NCBI RefSeq assembly: GCF_009914755.1
Contig: NC_060929.1
Reading direction: 5' to 3' (one strand)
DNA length: 64,000 nucleotides
Origin: the human T2T-CHM13v2.0 reference genome, Homo sapiens
Position numbers and translations under genes: made by a program. The notes beneath the pieces are model-generated. The model did no database searches. It was not told the origin of the DNA and worked only from the letters and a program-made list of their open reading frames with translations. Shown here in pieces: positions 13,207 through 27,704 of this stretch. Position 1 is the first letter of the stretch. Each line of letters begins with the position of its first letter.

Positions 13207-15079
13207 ACATATAGTATAATGCATATATGATTTTATCTGATGGAGCTATCAGACAAGAAAGACAGTCTGACAGGTATTACAAACTCTTGCTCTCTGATGT
13301 TATATATGAGGCCATTCCATCCCATTTGTTTCTGCAATGTGGCGAATCCCTTCACAGAAACATGTGTCCTACTGAGATGCTATTATGTTGTAAAAAGCTT
13401 ACTGTTTTGACCTATGATTTGATTGTCATATTGTGCATCTCAATACAAAAATTTTAGTATCTGAGAATGCTGCTAAGTGAATAGATTAGGTGAGCAGCTA
13501 CTGAAAAGTATGGCCATGGATGTAAATGTCAATGTATTTCTTTCATGAGTCCCATTTCTATTTTGTTTGCTCAAGAGAAGTTATATTGATTGGATGGTGT
13601 TGGTTTTATTTGGTGAAATGGCGATATATTCAGGCAAATTGCTTCTCTCTTTTGAGAAAGAATAAACTATGAGAGATGGAAGTAGAGAGGGAGCATTCTC
13701 TATAGGCACAACTTCAGCTTGTAGGTATTTTAAATCCCTGAAAAGAAAAAAGTGCTAATGATTAGACTCTTTATATTCTGAATACATTCAGAGGGATTGT
13801 GGAGTCAGGAAAGAAAAGGAACGTGTTGTAAAAGTTGATTCCAAGGTCCAGCTTTGTGTGCTCACAAAGCGCTGGAAGAACGAGAACTGGCTGCGTAATT
13901 GCAGTTGCTTTCAGCTGAGGGGCCTCTTTGGTTACAAACAAATAACTAAATTCAAGTGGAGTGAGAGCACACAGAGCTACAAAAACAAAACAACACCCTT
14001 CCATAGGAGAATGTATAAACCTAAACATTAGCAGTAATGATGCAGGGTTCAAACAATGAAGATACAAGCTAATGCCTAATGCTTATATATCTATTATGCT
14101 TTTAGATAGTATTTTAATGTCTTACAGTGTCCTTCACTCACTTGGAATTAGGCAAGGGCAAGCAGTCATATTTCTTTTGATTTTCCTGAAGGAGAGCAAG
14201 CACAAGCTAAGGCATTCTTGCTGCTTTCAGGCAAACCAATTTGGGCACACTCAAGATATCATACAGCTTGTATTCCATATATGTGCTGAAAAATGGCCAT
14301 GTGTCTGGGCCCACTTTATCTTACTAAGAGATGGAAGACATCCTACGAACCTTCTGAATTTCCTCTATGGGATTTTTCAGCTTGATTAAGAAAGAATTGA
14401 ATTGAATTTGGACTTCTGTTTGGTGAGGCAGCAATGCATTTAGAGATTTTGCTTTTTAGTTTTACTTTGGGCATAATGTTGTTCTGATACGCAAAATTAG
14501 AGCATTGAGATTCTAGCCCAATCCTCTCAAAGGCCTGAAGGATAGATAATGTTGGAGAAATATTTATTGAGTGCCTACTGTGCCAAGGCAGGTCTCAGTT
14601 TGGCAATACTAGAGATGAAACACTATTCACACCTGAAGTATATAAAAATTCCTACCAAAGATTTCTCAGGAAAGCAAAACAAGATTGAGGAATGCATTCA
14701 GGGCCAAGGGCAGGTCTTTTGGGGGGCCTAGTGTGATAAAGTTCTCCTGGCATTGGCTCAAGTAAGAGTTCATAAGATTAATTTGTTCCATGCTTCTGAA
14801 ACCCAAAAGAGAAGAGCTTAGAGGGCTATGAAATCTCTTCTCTGGGGTTAGGGAAAAATGTCCAGAAACAGAAAGCCATAAACAGAAGTGCCAAAGGTGA
14901 TAAGGAAAGACGTTAATGGGCTACAGAGGCTGAGTCCAAAGCATGGGGAAATTATTAGCTATTAGTATAGTTCAATAAGTATGATGAAATCTTGTTTGTT
15001 AATGTGGGCCAACCACTGTTGTAAAATAGCTCCAAGAGAAGATTTATTTATCAGTCATTGTAGTAAGTAGGCGAATGGC

Positions 15080-15400
15080 TTTGGGAGGTTTCCTTTCGCG
15101 TTGTCATTTGGGGGAAGAAGGAGTCCAGGCTGATAGAGACTCTGATACCTTCATCATGTGTCTTTGGAGGTTATCTGCATTTTGGCCAGCTGTGCAGGGA
15201 AATGAACACACAGAAGCATCTAAGAGATCTGTATGGGTTATACCTGGAAACTGTACATAACACTTTTCCCTTTCCATTCGTGGCTCTCAGGTACACAGCC
15301 ACCGCTAACTGCAAAGGAGACTATGACATGGAATCTAGATGCTCACCCAGATGAAGACGAGAACCTGAAATTAGCTCAGCAACCAGTGGTCTCTGCTATA
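15080..15400 (-). mobile_element. MLT1J-like MaLR LTR fragment
   Basis: 'ctaactgcaaaggagact...atggaatctag...cccagatgaag...gtctctgctata' resembles MLT1J end. Confidence 0.45.
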
Positions 15401-15744
15401 TTGGCTCAACTAAACATTGATCCTTTACACCATTAACACAATGTGACTTTTACCTTGAGATCACTTTTGAGTAGAGTTAATACAATAGCCCTATGCCAAG
15501 TCAATCCTTATAATATTTCAGTTTTTCCAAAATATCATGCATATGTTCAGCTGGATGCTTGACTCTGGCCTTACGTGTCATAGCTCTCTGGGAAGAAGTT
15601 AAATGAAGTATAATATAAATGATCTTGTTCTTCTTTTGACCGTGTGGGCAACATGATGAATCCAAAGACCATTTATTTTGGAGTCAAATAGACATTGCTT
15701 TGTGTTCTTGTTCTTGACTTGGTAACTTTGTGGCTTTGGGTGTC

Positions 15745-16056
<312 letters not shown>

Positions 16057-17209
16057 TTGGGTGTCCTAACCTCTGTTAGTCTTAGAGTCAACATTTTAAT
16101 GAGAAAACAAACAAACAAAAAAAAGTGACCTCTCAAAGTTGTCATAATGGTTAAGTTTTTAAAACGTAAAAATCATTTAGAAGTTAAAATCTTACCGACT
16201 CCAAAACTTTTTTTGTATTAGAATAGCTGTGAATTTCTATTTCTTAAGTGATTTATTTTTAAAAACTAAGAATGTAGAATGAATTTTCATAAATGATGTT
16301 TTAGCATCTATAAAGATAGTAATATTTTCTCTTTTACTCTTTAAGATGATTAATTTATTAAAAATCAGTTATATCTCCCCTAAATTCTGTGATCGTGCAG
16401 TATTAGGGCGATGTTTAGTGCATAGTTGGTGCTCTATTATTTGTTGATTGTCTGACTGTCCTTGAATCAATGCCCCAGAGTAGTAACAACCTAAATTTGT
16501 TTAAAGCTCTGAAGGTCTGAAAGATTCTGCTGCAACTAAAGCTCTGAAGATTCTGCTACAACTATGACATCCATTTTCTCCCACTTCAGACAGGATGAAT
16601 ACAAGGGAAGTTTACTTGAATAAGTGCGTATAAGCCTTACCTGCCAAATCAACTTAAAATAAAATCGGTAAATTCATTCCTGGGTTTTGCTCTCACCGAG
16701 ATATTTAATACAAGTTGCTTGGCTGACGTATAGGAAAAAGAAAAGGCATTTTCTACACTTCAGTAAGGATTAACAAGAGAACCCTTTACACTCATAAAGA
16801 CTAGCTGGCATGGGGACCACGGCCTTCCGAGCTTCCAAGGATCACAGTTATAGTGTGCAGAACCAGGGGGAGAAAAGGTGAAAAGAGAAAAAGGGCAGTT
16901 TCAGGAACAGCTGCCTTCTTGAGACCTTTCCCACCTAGGGGTTGCCTCATTCAAAGTCTTCAAACAAAGCCCAGGAAAGAAAGGCATTTGTGTCAGAACC
17001 ATGTCTAGTGCTAAATGCCTAGAGAAAGCACTCTCCTCCCTGCTGTGCGTCACATGGAGATGAAATGTTAGCTCTCTATTATGCATTTGTGCCAAAGTCA
17101 TCCCTCCACCCAGCTATCCTACTTCTAAGGTAGAGTAGATTCTATCTGGGTCAGCCAATGAACCAGCCCTTCTCTTAAATTTCTTCAGCTTCTCTCTTGT
17201 AGTCTGCAA

Positions 17210-17700
17210 GTATTTATTGGACTCTAGAAATGTAGTGCTCTTCTTCTCATGGAGCTTATATTACCAAGAAAGGAGGAGGAATCTTGACAATAAACAAGAA
17301 AAAACTATAAATGAGATTATTACGGAGAGTGATGACTGCTATGACATAATAAAAAATGATATCTGCCAGGAAGTAAGGGATGAGTGTTGAATTTAGATAA
17401 GGAGATCAGGGAAGGTCTTTTTGTATAGAGGGCAAGTGACTTGACACCTGAATGGCAACATGGGATCAAGGAGACATCCATGCAAAACTCTGAGGACAGA
17501 CCCTTTTAGGAAGCAAGTGAGTGCTAAGGGCCTGTGGGGGGATATTTTTGGTTGGTTCAAGGACAAGAAGACCCTTGTGTGTGGAATAGAGTCAGTAAGT
17601 CTGAAGGTGTGATAACAGGAGATGTCAGATCAATTATTTCCTTATAGGCCGTGGGAATGAATGAGTTTAGATTTTATCATAAATGTGATAAGAAACCATT
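17210..17700 (-). mobile_element. L2 LINE 3' fragment
   Basis: 'ctcatggagcttata', 'tcagggaaggtct', 'gagtgctaagggcctg', 'gagtttagattttatc...gaaaccatt' L2a-type blocks. Confidence 0.65.
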
Positions 17701-19959
17701 CAGACCTACAGAGAATGTATTTCTTTTCTTTTCTTTTTTTTTTTTTTTGCTTTATGTAGTTAAATATTCTATGCTACTGAAAGTTCTTTGTGTGCCTTGA
17801 GCTGTACAGTCAAAAACTTAGTCCCTAATTCTGTCAAATTACAAGACAAATGAAGAATCATAAAAAGAATTTTAATAAGATTTATTGACACTGTCAAATT
17901 GTGAACTCTTGAATGGCAACTTTATTTCTTTGTTGTAATGTCTTTTACATGCAGGATAGAGTAAAGGGTAACATCTTTTCCTTTCAGATGACTGTAATGA
18001 AGACTTTTATTTAATGTATCAAAAATTGCACCTATTGTGAAGGTCCTATTTCCACGGGGTGATTGCTAAAAGCCCATGTTCTTTCTTTAAGGCATGCTCC
18101 CCATGTAAAAGCACTTATCTTGGAAAGCATGAATGAAATAGTTAAGGGAATTGGTGCTAATTAGAAATGACAAGCCGACTATAAACTCCTGCCCTCTTTT
18201 CCTTCTTGTTATGTTTTCTAAGGGTTTTATGCAAAACATTGGCATAAATGCCTTCTTGGATATGAAAACGTAGATTTCGATTTTTTGTGGCCCTGATTTT
18301 ACAGCTACATTTTTTTCAAGATTTGTAAACTTACGAGAAGTACAAGTTGTGAGAGAATTAAAAAACTGTAGACTATGTCAGTTAAAATATAAAATCCTCA
18401 AATAGAAAATAAAGAATATGTCAGTGCTGGTTTGCATGGAACAGTAGCTTTTGCAGTACATGTGTTTGAAAGTTGGGGTTTGGTAGGATTTAAGTTTTAT
18501 TTCTACTTCCTGCTCTGTCTGCTCTTCATCAGATATGTGGTGATGCCATTGAAACACATGCTACCAATTTTTTTTTCCTCTCCAGAATTGTTAGGAAGTC
18601 AGGATTATTAAAGAGATGTTTGGAAACAATGAGTTTTTGATGGTGGTTTGTAAAATGTCTTGGGAAGCTTGATGAGGCTTGTGATTGCTGTTTTGTTAAA
18701 CGCTCTTTATTCCCGTTCATTATGCATTCTTTTGGCTTTGGCTTTTGGGTTTTGGATGTGATCCTACACTAAGTGGTGCCCACCCTGTAAGTGATGAAGT
18801 GCCTGTGGGTATGTTTTCTGAAACTGGCCCACTTGCACTGCATGCAATGCAAGTGAATGAGCTTCATATTGTCTGTGGAGTTTTGGGATTCCCATAGTCC
18901 CTGGCTGCAAATGAAAGCAGGCATTCAGGTTTAGCAACCCTTGACAATGAGTAAGGTCAAAACTTTGAAGAGTAAGTGGAAACTCTCCAGTTGTTACCCC
19001 CATGACAAATAAAATATATTGGTCAAACCAGGCTTTGTCGTGAATCCAAAGCAAAGGGGCAAAAGCTAGAAATGATGGGCATATTTAATGGAGCAATTGT
19101 GATAGTGAGATCTGCCAGGGCATTTCTGCTAGGATTCATCTTTTCATTTTTACTAATTGTAAAGGTAAAAGATATTTATAGCAGATGTAATTGGGACTAA
19201 AACTATGTTATTAACCTCAAAGTATAATGTAATGGAAAGACCATTAGTAAAGCATAATATAAATATTGAAAAATCTATGCAATTTATCCAATGTCCCCAT
19301 TCCCTTTCTGCCATAATTTTAAGGGGGATCTTTTGTTTGGCTGTTAATCTATCAGAATATATGGAAATATAAGTAGGGAAGCCAGAAAGAGGATAATATA
19401 TTTGGATTGATTTACTTGGTGAAAAAGCAACTGGAAAGAAAGAAGAAATTTAGAAAAAATACAAACTAATAAATAGAGATGTTTTGGAGGACTTTGGGAA
19501 AAAGAAAAGAGAAAGTGGGGTAGCTACTACTTGGTGTGAGATATGGGGAAGATCAAGTGGTAAAACAACTTATAGGAAGTTTTGCTGTGTAAAAAGTTAA
19601 GGGAGTTTGCTGAATGTTGTGAGATGCAATTTTCCATTAATCCCTCTGTATACTTGGAAAAAAGTTTCAGTAAAGATATCTGCATTTTTCTTCAATACTC
19701 TAGGAGTTAAAATTGTGCTTCTTTCTCATGCATCACCACACAGAGATGGGCATCTTTCTATCTGACAAGCTTATAGATCAAGATTTTGATGGAAGAGCTT
19801 AAGGCACTATATCAATAAATTAGGTTATACAGATAAAATAGAATATGTAAAAAAGAGAATACAACTTTCCCTAGTTACCCTACCATAAAATAAGATCATA
19901 CCCTATATAATGATTTATTAATCTGCTTGTTCTACTAGATACATTTATATACTTATAAA

Positions 19960-20140
19960 TATGATTGTATTCCATTTGAAGGTTATAAAATATTTCATTG
20001 TGTGAGGTACTACAATTGATAATTCACTCTCCTATTTTTGGACAACCAATTGTTTCCATATATTTGGTTTTATAAATGATACTTCAATGAATATCTGTGT
20101 AGCTAAATCTTTGGGTATGTCCTAATTCCTTTTACTGGGA
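19960..20140 (-). mobile_element. Old L1 (L1ME-like) 3' fragment
   Basis: 'aatatttcattgtgtg...ttggacaaccaattgtttcca...ttataaatgatacttcaatgaatatc'. Confidence 0.5.
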
Positions 20141-20858
20141 CAAGAATGATAAGAATAAATCATTTAGAAAGAAAAGGACCAAATAATAAGATGAACCTAA
20201 TATTTTCTGGAGTGAAATGGCAAGTTAATTGAGGCGAAGCGAAGAGTCTAGGCAAGTTAAAAAAAAAAAGTGGAGAACTTAAGCACAGAAAAATATGAAA
20301 ATTAAGCAAAGAAAACCCCCAAAAGCTTTGCAAAGTGAATAAAAAATGGTTCACAATCAGTATAATTTTTTTCTAAGGTCTGTACTATAGTTAAATGGAC
20401 CAGTGAAGTGATGTAAATGTCAGAAGTAAAATAGAAAATACACTTGGTACATGTAAATGAAAAAGAATGTAGTGATTAAAATATGTCAAGAATGACAAAA
20501 AGGAGCTAGAAGTGGTCCAAAGAAGGACAATAGGCTGAGATTCATGAGAATTAATTTGGATATGAGAATGAGTTCCAAAGATTATACTTTCACATCTCAA
20601 AATGAAATGAAGACTAGGAAAGGACCAAAGTTAATGAAATCATGAAGCCATAGTGGGGACGGGGGAGGAAATGGCCATTGGTTTTCCAAATTTCATAAAA
20701 CAAGAAACATAGAACACCATTTCAAAATTCATAATGATCATTTTAAGAACATAAATGTTTTTCAAACCATAATTTGACTCAAAAGAAATAGTCTTTTCCC
20801 AATCATAATTTGAAGATATTATATTTTGTATTTTTCATTGTCTGTAAAATGTGTTGCC

Positions 20859-20917
20859 ATATATATATATATACGTATATATATATGTGTATATATATAT
20901 ATGTATATATATATATA
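20859..20917. repeat. (TA)n microsatellite, interrupted
   Basis: atatatatatatacgtatatatatatgtgtatatatatatatgtatatatatatata. Confidence 0.9.
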
Positions 20918-20929
20918 GTGCAGTGTCCA

Positions 20930-21210
20930 TATCAGATAGGAAAGTGTTCAGTTGCAAGTAAAAGAACACTCAACTAAGAGAAGCTTAAAAATAAAAAGGG
21001 TAAACTTTCCTATGTAACAAAATGTCCAGAGGAATGTGGCTACTGATGTCAGTCAGCCACTCAGAGACACTGTCAGATGCTGTGGTAAATGGTTGCATTG
21101 CTGGCTCCCACAGGAACCATCCTTGTGGTCCCCATACCCTGGTGCAGTCCCCTCTCTGTAGATCTGTGCTTAGCCTATGAGGAAAAGTGATGTGGAGGAA
21201 GTGATGTGGA
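20930..21210. mobile_element. Degraded MLT1 MaLR LTR fragments
   Basis: 'tcagttgcaagtaaaagaacactcaact...gcttaaaa' followed by 'tgtggtaaatggttgc...ggctcccca...gtcccctct'. Confidence 0.4.
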
Positions 21211-21624
21211 AGTTCTAGAAAACATTTTTGTTTTGAACATCCTTATTTAGAATTCTATTATATCATTTCTTCAAGGTGAAAGATAGGGTCTCCCTTTTTC
21301 CCTTAGCTTCTATCATGAAAACCTGGGCCACTTTGCTTTTTTATTTATAATAACAAGCAAAGAAGAAACTTGTTATTTATACATAATTTAACACAAAGTT
21401 TAAAGTCCATTAAAACTTCAACACAAATACAGAAAACCTGGGAGAAGACTGTGGCTTTGCACATAGGATCATTCTTTGTTCCTGTATTTTAATATGTGTG
21501 AGAACCATAATGCTACAGTTCACAATGACAAAAAAAGGGTTTTTACTAACGATTTCTGAAAATGAGAGCATGCCAAGAATAGATAGCAACTTAAGGTTTA
21601 TGTATGGGAGAAAATATGCTAGAT

Positions 21625-21810
21625 CAATGCTTCTCAAGCCTGAATGTCCATCAGAATCATCTGCAGACTTGTTAAACACAGAGTGCAGGGTCCCACTCCC
21701 AGAGTTTCTGATTCAATAGGCCTGGGATGGGACAGCAAATCTGTATTCCTAACAAATGCACAGGTAATGCTGGTACTACTGGCTAGAGAAGCACAGTTTG
21801 AGAACCACTG
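21625..21810 (+). mobile_element. MER5A DNA transposon
   Basis: caatgcttctcaa ... tttgagaaccactg inverted termini; 'cccagagtttctgattcaatagg'. Confidence 0.85.
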
Positions 21811-23692
21811 TGTTAGACATATAGTAGACCGAGGTAAAAAATGTACGTGTCAACAGGAGTCAAGCAGGTAATGCGAATGATGGAACAGAGTTGAATGTCA
21901 GGCAACAAGAGACATTGAAGATGAGAGATCTGGAGACACATATAGTTGGATCTGGAGCTAGTTCCCACCTATCTTCTACAGATTATATGCCACAGATTCA
22001 GTGTTGCTAGATGATTTGAATTCTAAAGAGCAGCTGGAAATATATATTTCATGTGTAATTTCCTAGTTTGCATATATTGAACAGTAACTAAAATATCATT
22101 TAAATAATGAGTCAAATAAATATGTCTTCATGCCAGATATGGCTATAGGGATCACCTGTTTAAAACCTCTCCAATGGGCAAATGGTAACTCTATCCATTC
22201 TGTCTCCAAAACTCAAACCTGAAGATACACCTGCTTTAATTGAATGTAAATGTTGAAATCTTTGCAGCATCAACCACAGATACAACTGTTAGTAACTCAC
22301 ACATCTAATTTTGGTAACAACATTAAAAGAAAGAGTGGCTGTGAGATTGTGTTCATTACCAACTTGAATTCATCTTCTCCTCTGATTTTTTTTTTGTCTC
22401 CTCGTATCCCCAGGCCCCTAAGATGTTTTAAACAAAAAAATTCTAATAAATAGTCTTATTGCTTCTCATGAAGGGTGTTAAAAATGGCTAAAGATAGCAA
22501 TATTCTCCTACTTCCAATGTCTAATGTACCAATAAAGTTAAGAGTTGATTTCATTTGGAAGCACGGAAGAAGAAAGCCTGCTGATTTGCATGGGTTGCAT
22601 TCTTAGCCTTTTATGTCTTGAATCAGTTAAAATATTTTACTAACCATCTGGTCACCTACAGATTCAGGAATAAACCAGTGCCAAGACACGCCAAGTCATC
22701 TTGTAAACACTTTATACAAAAAATAAAATAAAATCCTGGTCAGTTTATCCATCTTCATTAATGATTCCTAGCATAGTTCTTTTATTTTCTCTGTGACTAA
22801 CAAGTATCATCTAGTTATGAGAGGCCATTATACAAAATCATTAAAACATGCTTAGCTGTACTGTGTTAATTATGCAATGATAAATTATTCTTTATTTCTT
22901 CATTAACAGTATTGTAGCAGTAGAATTAGCATTGTTTGTTCCTTTTTGGAGGAAAAAAATCATTAATATTAAAAAGTGAAAATTCTGGAAACTTAATGTT
23001 GTGGAATGACAGTTTTAATTTGATTTTCAAAATCCTATTTGCTGATCCCCTCAGCTATAAAAGTTTAACCACTATGTCACTGTAATTACATTGGCTGTTT
23101 ATCTCTTCTTTCATGGCTATATCTAGGTCTGTGTAACAAACTGAGGGCTGGCATTAGACTCTGAATCAGGAGACCTAAGGGATCTTACTAAGTCTTCTGC
23201 TAAATTGAATCTAATAGTATAATTTAAATGTCTTCTAGCTTCACACTCTGCTTTTGAATCATTTCATTATCAAGCAATAAACAATTCAATCAATGCTTGT
23301 GGAGCACTGTGCTAGGCACTGTGGAAGACAGGAAAACATTTTAAATGAACACATATTTTCTGCCTTGTGCTGATGATTTAGTGTGAAAGTTAGACCCTAA
23401 TATAATTAACATAGAGCAAAACGTAAACACAGATGTGGTGGTATAAAGGCAATATTAGGATGTGGAAAGGAAAATTATTCTGGCTAAATTGTTTATTATA
23501 ATTTGAGCTTGGCCTCCAACGATAAAGACAACACTGATAATGACTAACATCACAATGTGTTCATTGCTGGTTCTGGTAGTTCTAAGAGCTTTACATGAAC
23601 TAGGTCTTTAAATCCTCATAAGATCTCTATGAGTTTGGTACTAGAATTATCCCATTTCATAGATGAGAAAACATGGAAAACTTAAATTAGGA

Positions 23693-23875
23693 CAGTGGTT
23701 CTCAAAGTATGGTCCCAGGACCAGCTGCATCAGCATTACTTGGAAATTTGTTAGAAATACAGAGTCTCATGCCCTCCCCATCCCCAGCTGCTAAGAAGCT
23801 CTGGGAGTGGAGGGCAGTCTACTTTAACACAATCCCCAGGGGATTTTGATGTTCCCTAAAGTTTATGAACCACAG
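23693..23875 (-). mobile_element. MER5A DNA transposon
   Basis: cagtggttctcaaagtatggtccc ... aaagtttatgaaccacag. Confidence 0.8.
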
Positions 23876-23909
23876 CCTTAGACAGATAGGATAAGGGGCG
23901 TGAAGGCAG

Positions 23910-24130
23910 TTACATATGACACAGAGGTTATGTCTTGTTCCCATCTTTGCCACTTACTGCTTGTGTGACCTTGTATTCATTTCTTAACCTCTTACAATCT
24001 CATTTTATTATCTGTAAACTGGGGAGAATAGTCATTGTTACTCCTTATCACTGTTTTCAGAATTCCATGAGATCATGCACATAAAACTTTTAACACAGAT
24101 TCTGACGCAAAGTAACCCCTCAATAAATGG
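23910..24130 (+). mobile_element. MIR SINE
   Basis: 'tgccacttactgcttgtgtgaccttg...ttaacctct...tctgtaaactgggga...ctcaataaatg'. Confidence 0.8.
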
Positions 24131-24818
24131 TAGATTCGTTATACTGTTTGTCATCATTAACATCATCATCATCATCTTCTTCATCATTATCATCACCCCT
24201 TCCAGGTGAAGACAGCAGCATGAATTAAGGCAGGAAAGAGAAAGTAGAAAGTAGTTTTCCTGGGTGGAAGGTTAAGGGGACCATTTCTCCCTTTTGTGAC
24301 AGAAGCAGTTCACAAATAATGAATTGAAATATTAAGGACTCAACATTTATATCCTTTAAAAGACCTCTTTGATTAACCTTCCCCCACAGGGATCTTTTCC
24401 TTGATGTGCTTTTCTGGAATGTGCATGGATATAGCCTGTGCTGAATATATCCTTACTTTTTATTATGTTACCCTCTAATTGCTCTCATTTGAAAGATGTA
24501 TATCATTTCTTCCTTGAGCAGAAGCCATGTACCCTGGGTTTGCTGTCTTTTTAGTGTCCTCCAGGGGGAGACTCTAACAGCTCCATTTTGGGGTCAGACC
24601 GAATTCAACACCAGGCTCCAAGGCTCATGAGCTGTTTGACTTTGGGCTAGTGGCCCCAGGTTCCTCATGTTTAAAATGGAACTACTAAATTCAACATGTG
24701 TTTATAAAACAGGTTTATTGACATATTTATTTCAATTTTAAAATTTAAATTGGGGTCCCTTTGGGTAAGATTATTTGGAAATTTGGAAGAGATAACACAA
24801 GAAAGAAGAGGATTATCA

Positions 24819-25030
<212 letters not shown>

Positions 25031-25459
25031 AAGAGGATTATCAAGATGGCTTTTTTTTTGGGGGGGCGGTGCACAATAAGCAAAATAAGAACCACACCCC
25101 ACTCATGGATGTATGAGATCCTAAAGATGGTGCAGATCAGCAGGGCAAGGCAGGAAGGCAATAGTGCATAATTGCTCCTTCTTTTCCATTCTTTTTTCTA
25201 GGTGATAAAGTACCTGTGTGGTAGTGGGGGTTGTGGGAGAGATTAAAATGAAGGGTAGAGGTGCTGGAGACTTAGTAGCTGCTTAGCAAACTTGGAAAGT
25301 TAAAGAAGATATATTTTATATTTTTAAATATGGACCTGGGAAGATATTCCTGGAACTCTTCAGAGTATAATGCAAGACTGGCTCCCCTCAGTATTAGTAA
25401 ATTTAAACCCACTTCTGTTACAATCTAGTTATGTAAATTTTGACAAATCAGGTCCCTTT

Positions 25460-25803
25460 CAGCCTTAGCGTGTTCAGGCAGCTATCACAAAAATGCCATA
25501 GACTGGGTGGCCTATTAAAAACAAACACTTATTTTTCACAGTTCTAGGGGCTGAGAAGTCCAAGATCAAGGGAGATTCAGTGTCTGGTGAGAGCTTATTC
25601 CTCATGGATGGCAACTTCCCACTGCATTCTCAACATGGTTGAAGGGGCAAGCAGGCTCCCTCAGGCCTCTTTCACAAGGACAACAATATCACTCAGGAGA
25701 TCTTTGCCCCGTCCCAGAGGTCCCACCTCTTAATACCACTATCTGAGGGGTTAGGTTTCACTGTAAGAATTTGGGAGGGGGTACAAATATTCAGACCATA
25801 GCA
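25460..25803 (-). mobile_element. MLT1A-like MaLR solo LTR
   Basis: 'catagactgggtggc...acagttctaggggctgagaagtccaagatcaagg...cccacctcttaatacca...attcagaccatagca'. Confidence 0.8.
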
Positions 25804-25859
25804 ACTTCCCGGTAGCATTTTAAGTAAATGAACCAATGAATGTAGACTTGCTAGCGTGT

Positions 25860-26090
25860 ATGAGCGCTTACTCTGTTAAGTACTATGTTAATGTTTTATG
25901 TAACAGTCACTTTTTCTCCTTATAATGCTAGCCTTGTAAGGCAAGCATTATTAATCTCATTTCACGGAGGAGTAAAGAGAAAGTAAAACAGTCTTAAGAA
26001 TGTTGTTCAAGGTTTCACAGTAGTAAACAGAATTCAAGCTGGAATTCGAAGCCATGGGAGTATATGCAGAAACCCTGCTCCTTCCACCCC
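25860..26090 (-). mobile_element. MIR SINE
   Basis: 'tgagcgcttactctg...taaggcaagcattattaatctcatttcac...tcaaggtttcacag...gctggaattcgaa'. Confidence 0.65.
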
Positions 26091-26461
26091 AGTGAAAACA
26101 TTAGCTGAGGAAGCAGAGAATTCAGACTATTTTCATCTCTGGACAGAATTCTATGAATTCCATCTACCCATTATTCTTTATATCTCCTACTTGGATCTTA
26201 ATCTCCACTCTGGCAATTCCCCATAAGCTAAAATAATAAATGTGTCCTTAATCATTTATTTCCAATTCCTTAATATTTCTATAATGATTTTTTATGTGCC
26301 AGTCTTCACCATTCTGGTATCTGCACTCCCAGTTTATAAAACCATCATAAACACTAGGCAATTCTGCTCTTTTTCAGGCAAAAAGTTAAAAAAAAAAAGA
26401 GCATTTTTATAGTTTGTGCCACATCTATAGTAGCTGGGACTACATCAAACAAAGAATTCCT

Positions 26462-26782
<321 letters not shown>

Positions 26783-27704
26783 ATTCCTGTTAGTGTGGGT
26801 GCCCATTTTAGAAATTCTCATGTTCTCGCAGTGGTTGACTTTACTAAGGAATTCTTATAATAATTAAGACACGGTTTTTCTATTCTACATGTTGTTATTT
26901 ATTTTGCAAAAGTAATCAAAAGACTGGTATTTGGCTATGAAGCTAGTATGGAAGTTTTGAACTTGTGAACTGATACTGCTCACCCTGGTGGATATGTTCT
27001 CTGTCCTCTCCGTCCAGTCTTCAGCTTCTTATTTTTCGTAAATCCTGATGTGTTAGACAAGATGGGGCATACGTGAAATAATTTAGCTGTTACTGCATAT
27101 GGAAATATATTCATGAGTGATTTAGGAAATTAGATAGTTGAGCAGCGTGTGTTTTGTTCCTAAATTCTGGGCTGTTTTCCCATGGAGATTGTGTCACATT
27201 GTCCATTCTGCACTCGCCTGGCAGCTGCAATTGAGCACAAGCCCTCACTGGGGTATTGGATAGTGAATAGATATACTGCAATATCTTAAGATCCCATAAT
27301 TGTCCCAAGCAAGCACTGAGTCAAGATATTTTTATGCGTCCGCTGCCTATGTGTCTTCCCCTACTGGAAGTGAGAGCAGCACTTTTGTCCAACCAGGCCA
27401 TGTATTTTTTTTCTATCTGAATAATATTATTTCTTCAGCACTTTACACACTTCGGGCATTTAATGTTGACGATGTTTGCTTAGCAAGTTAAACTGGCAGA
27501 CTGACTTGTTAGCATCATCAAATTGTACCTAGGCATCTGGATGCCCAAGATACATGCAGGGTCAGACAGAAAATGAGCTAAATAGCTTTTTCAGCTAAGA
27601 TTTTGTTATCTAAAGCAGCTCTTATGTGAGTCAAATATAGAGCAAAAATATTTGAGAGACCTTCCTGAGAAGAGAAAGCCATGTGGATAAAGGAAAGGAA
27701 AGGT

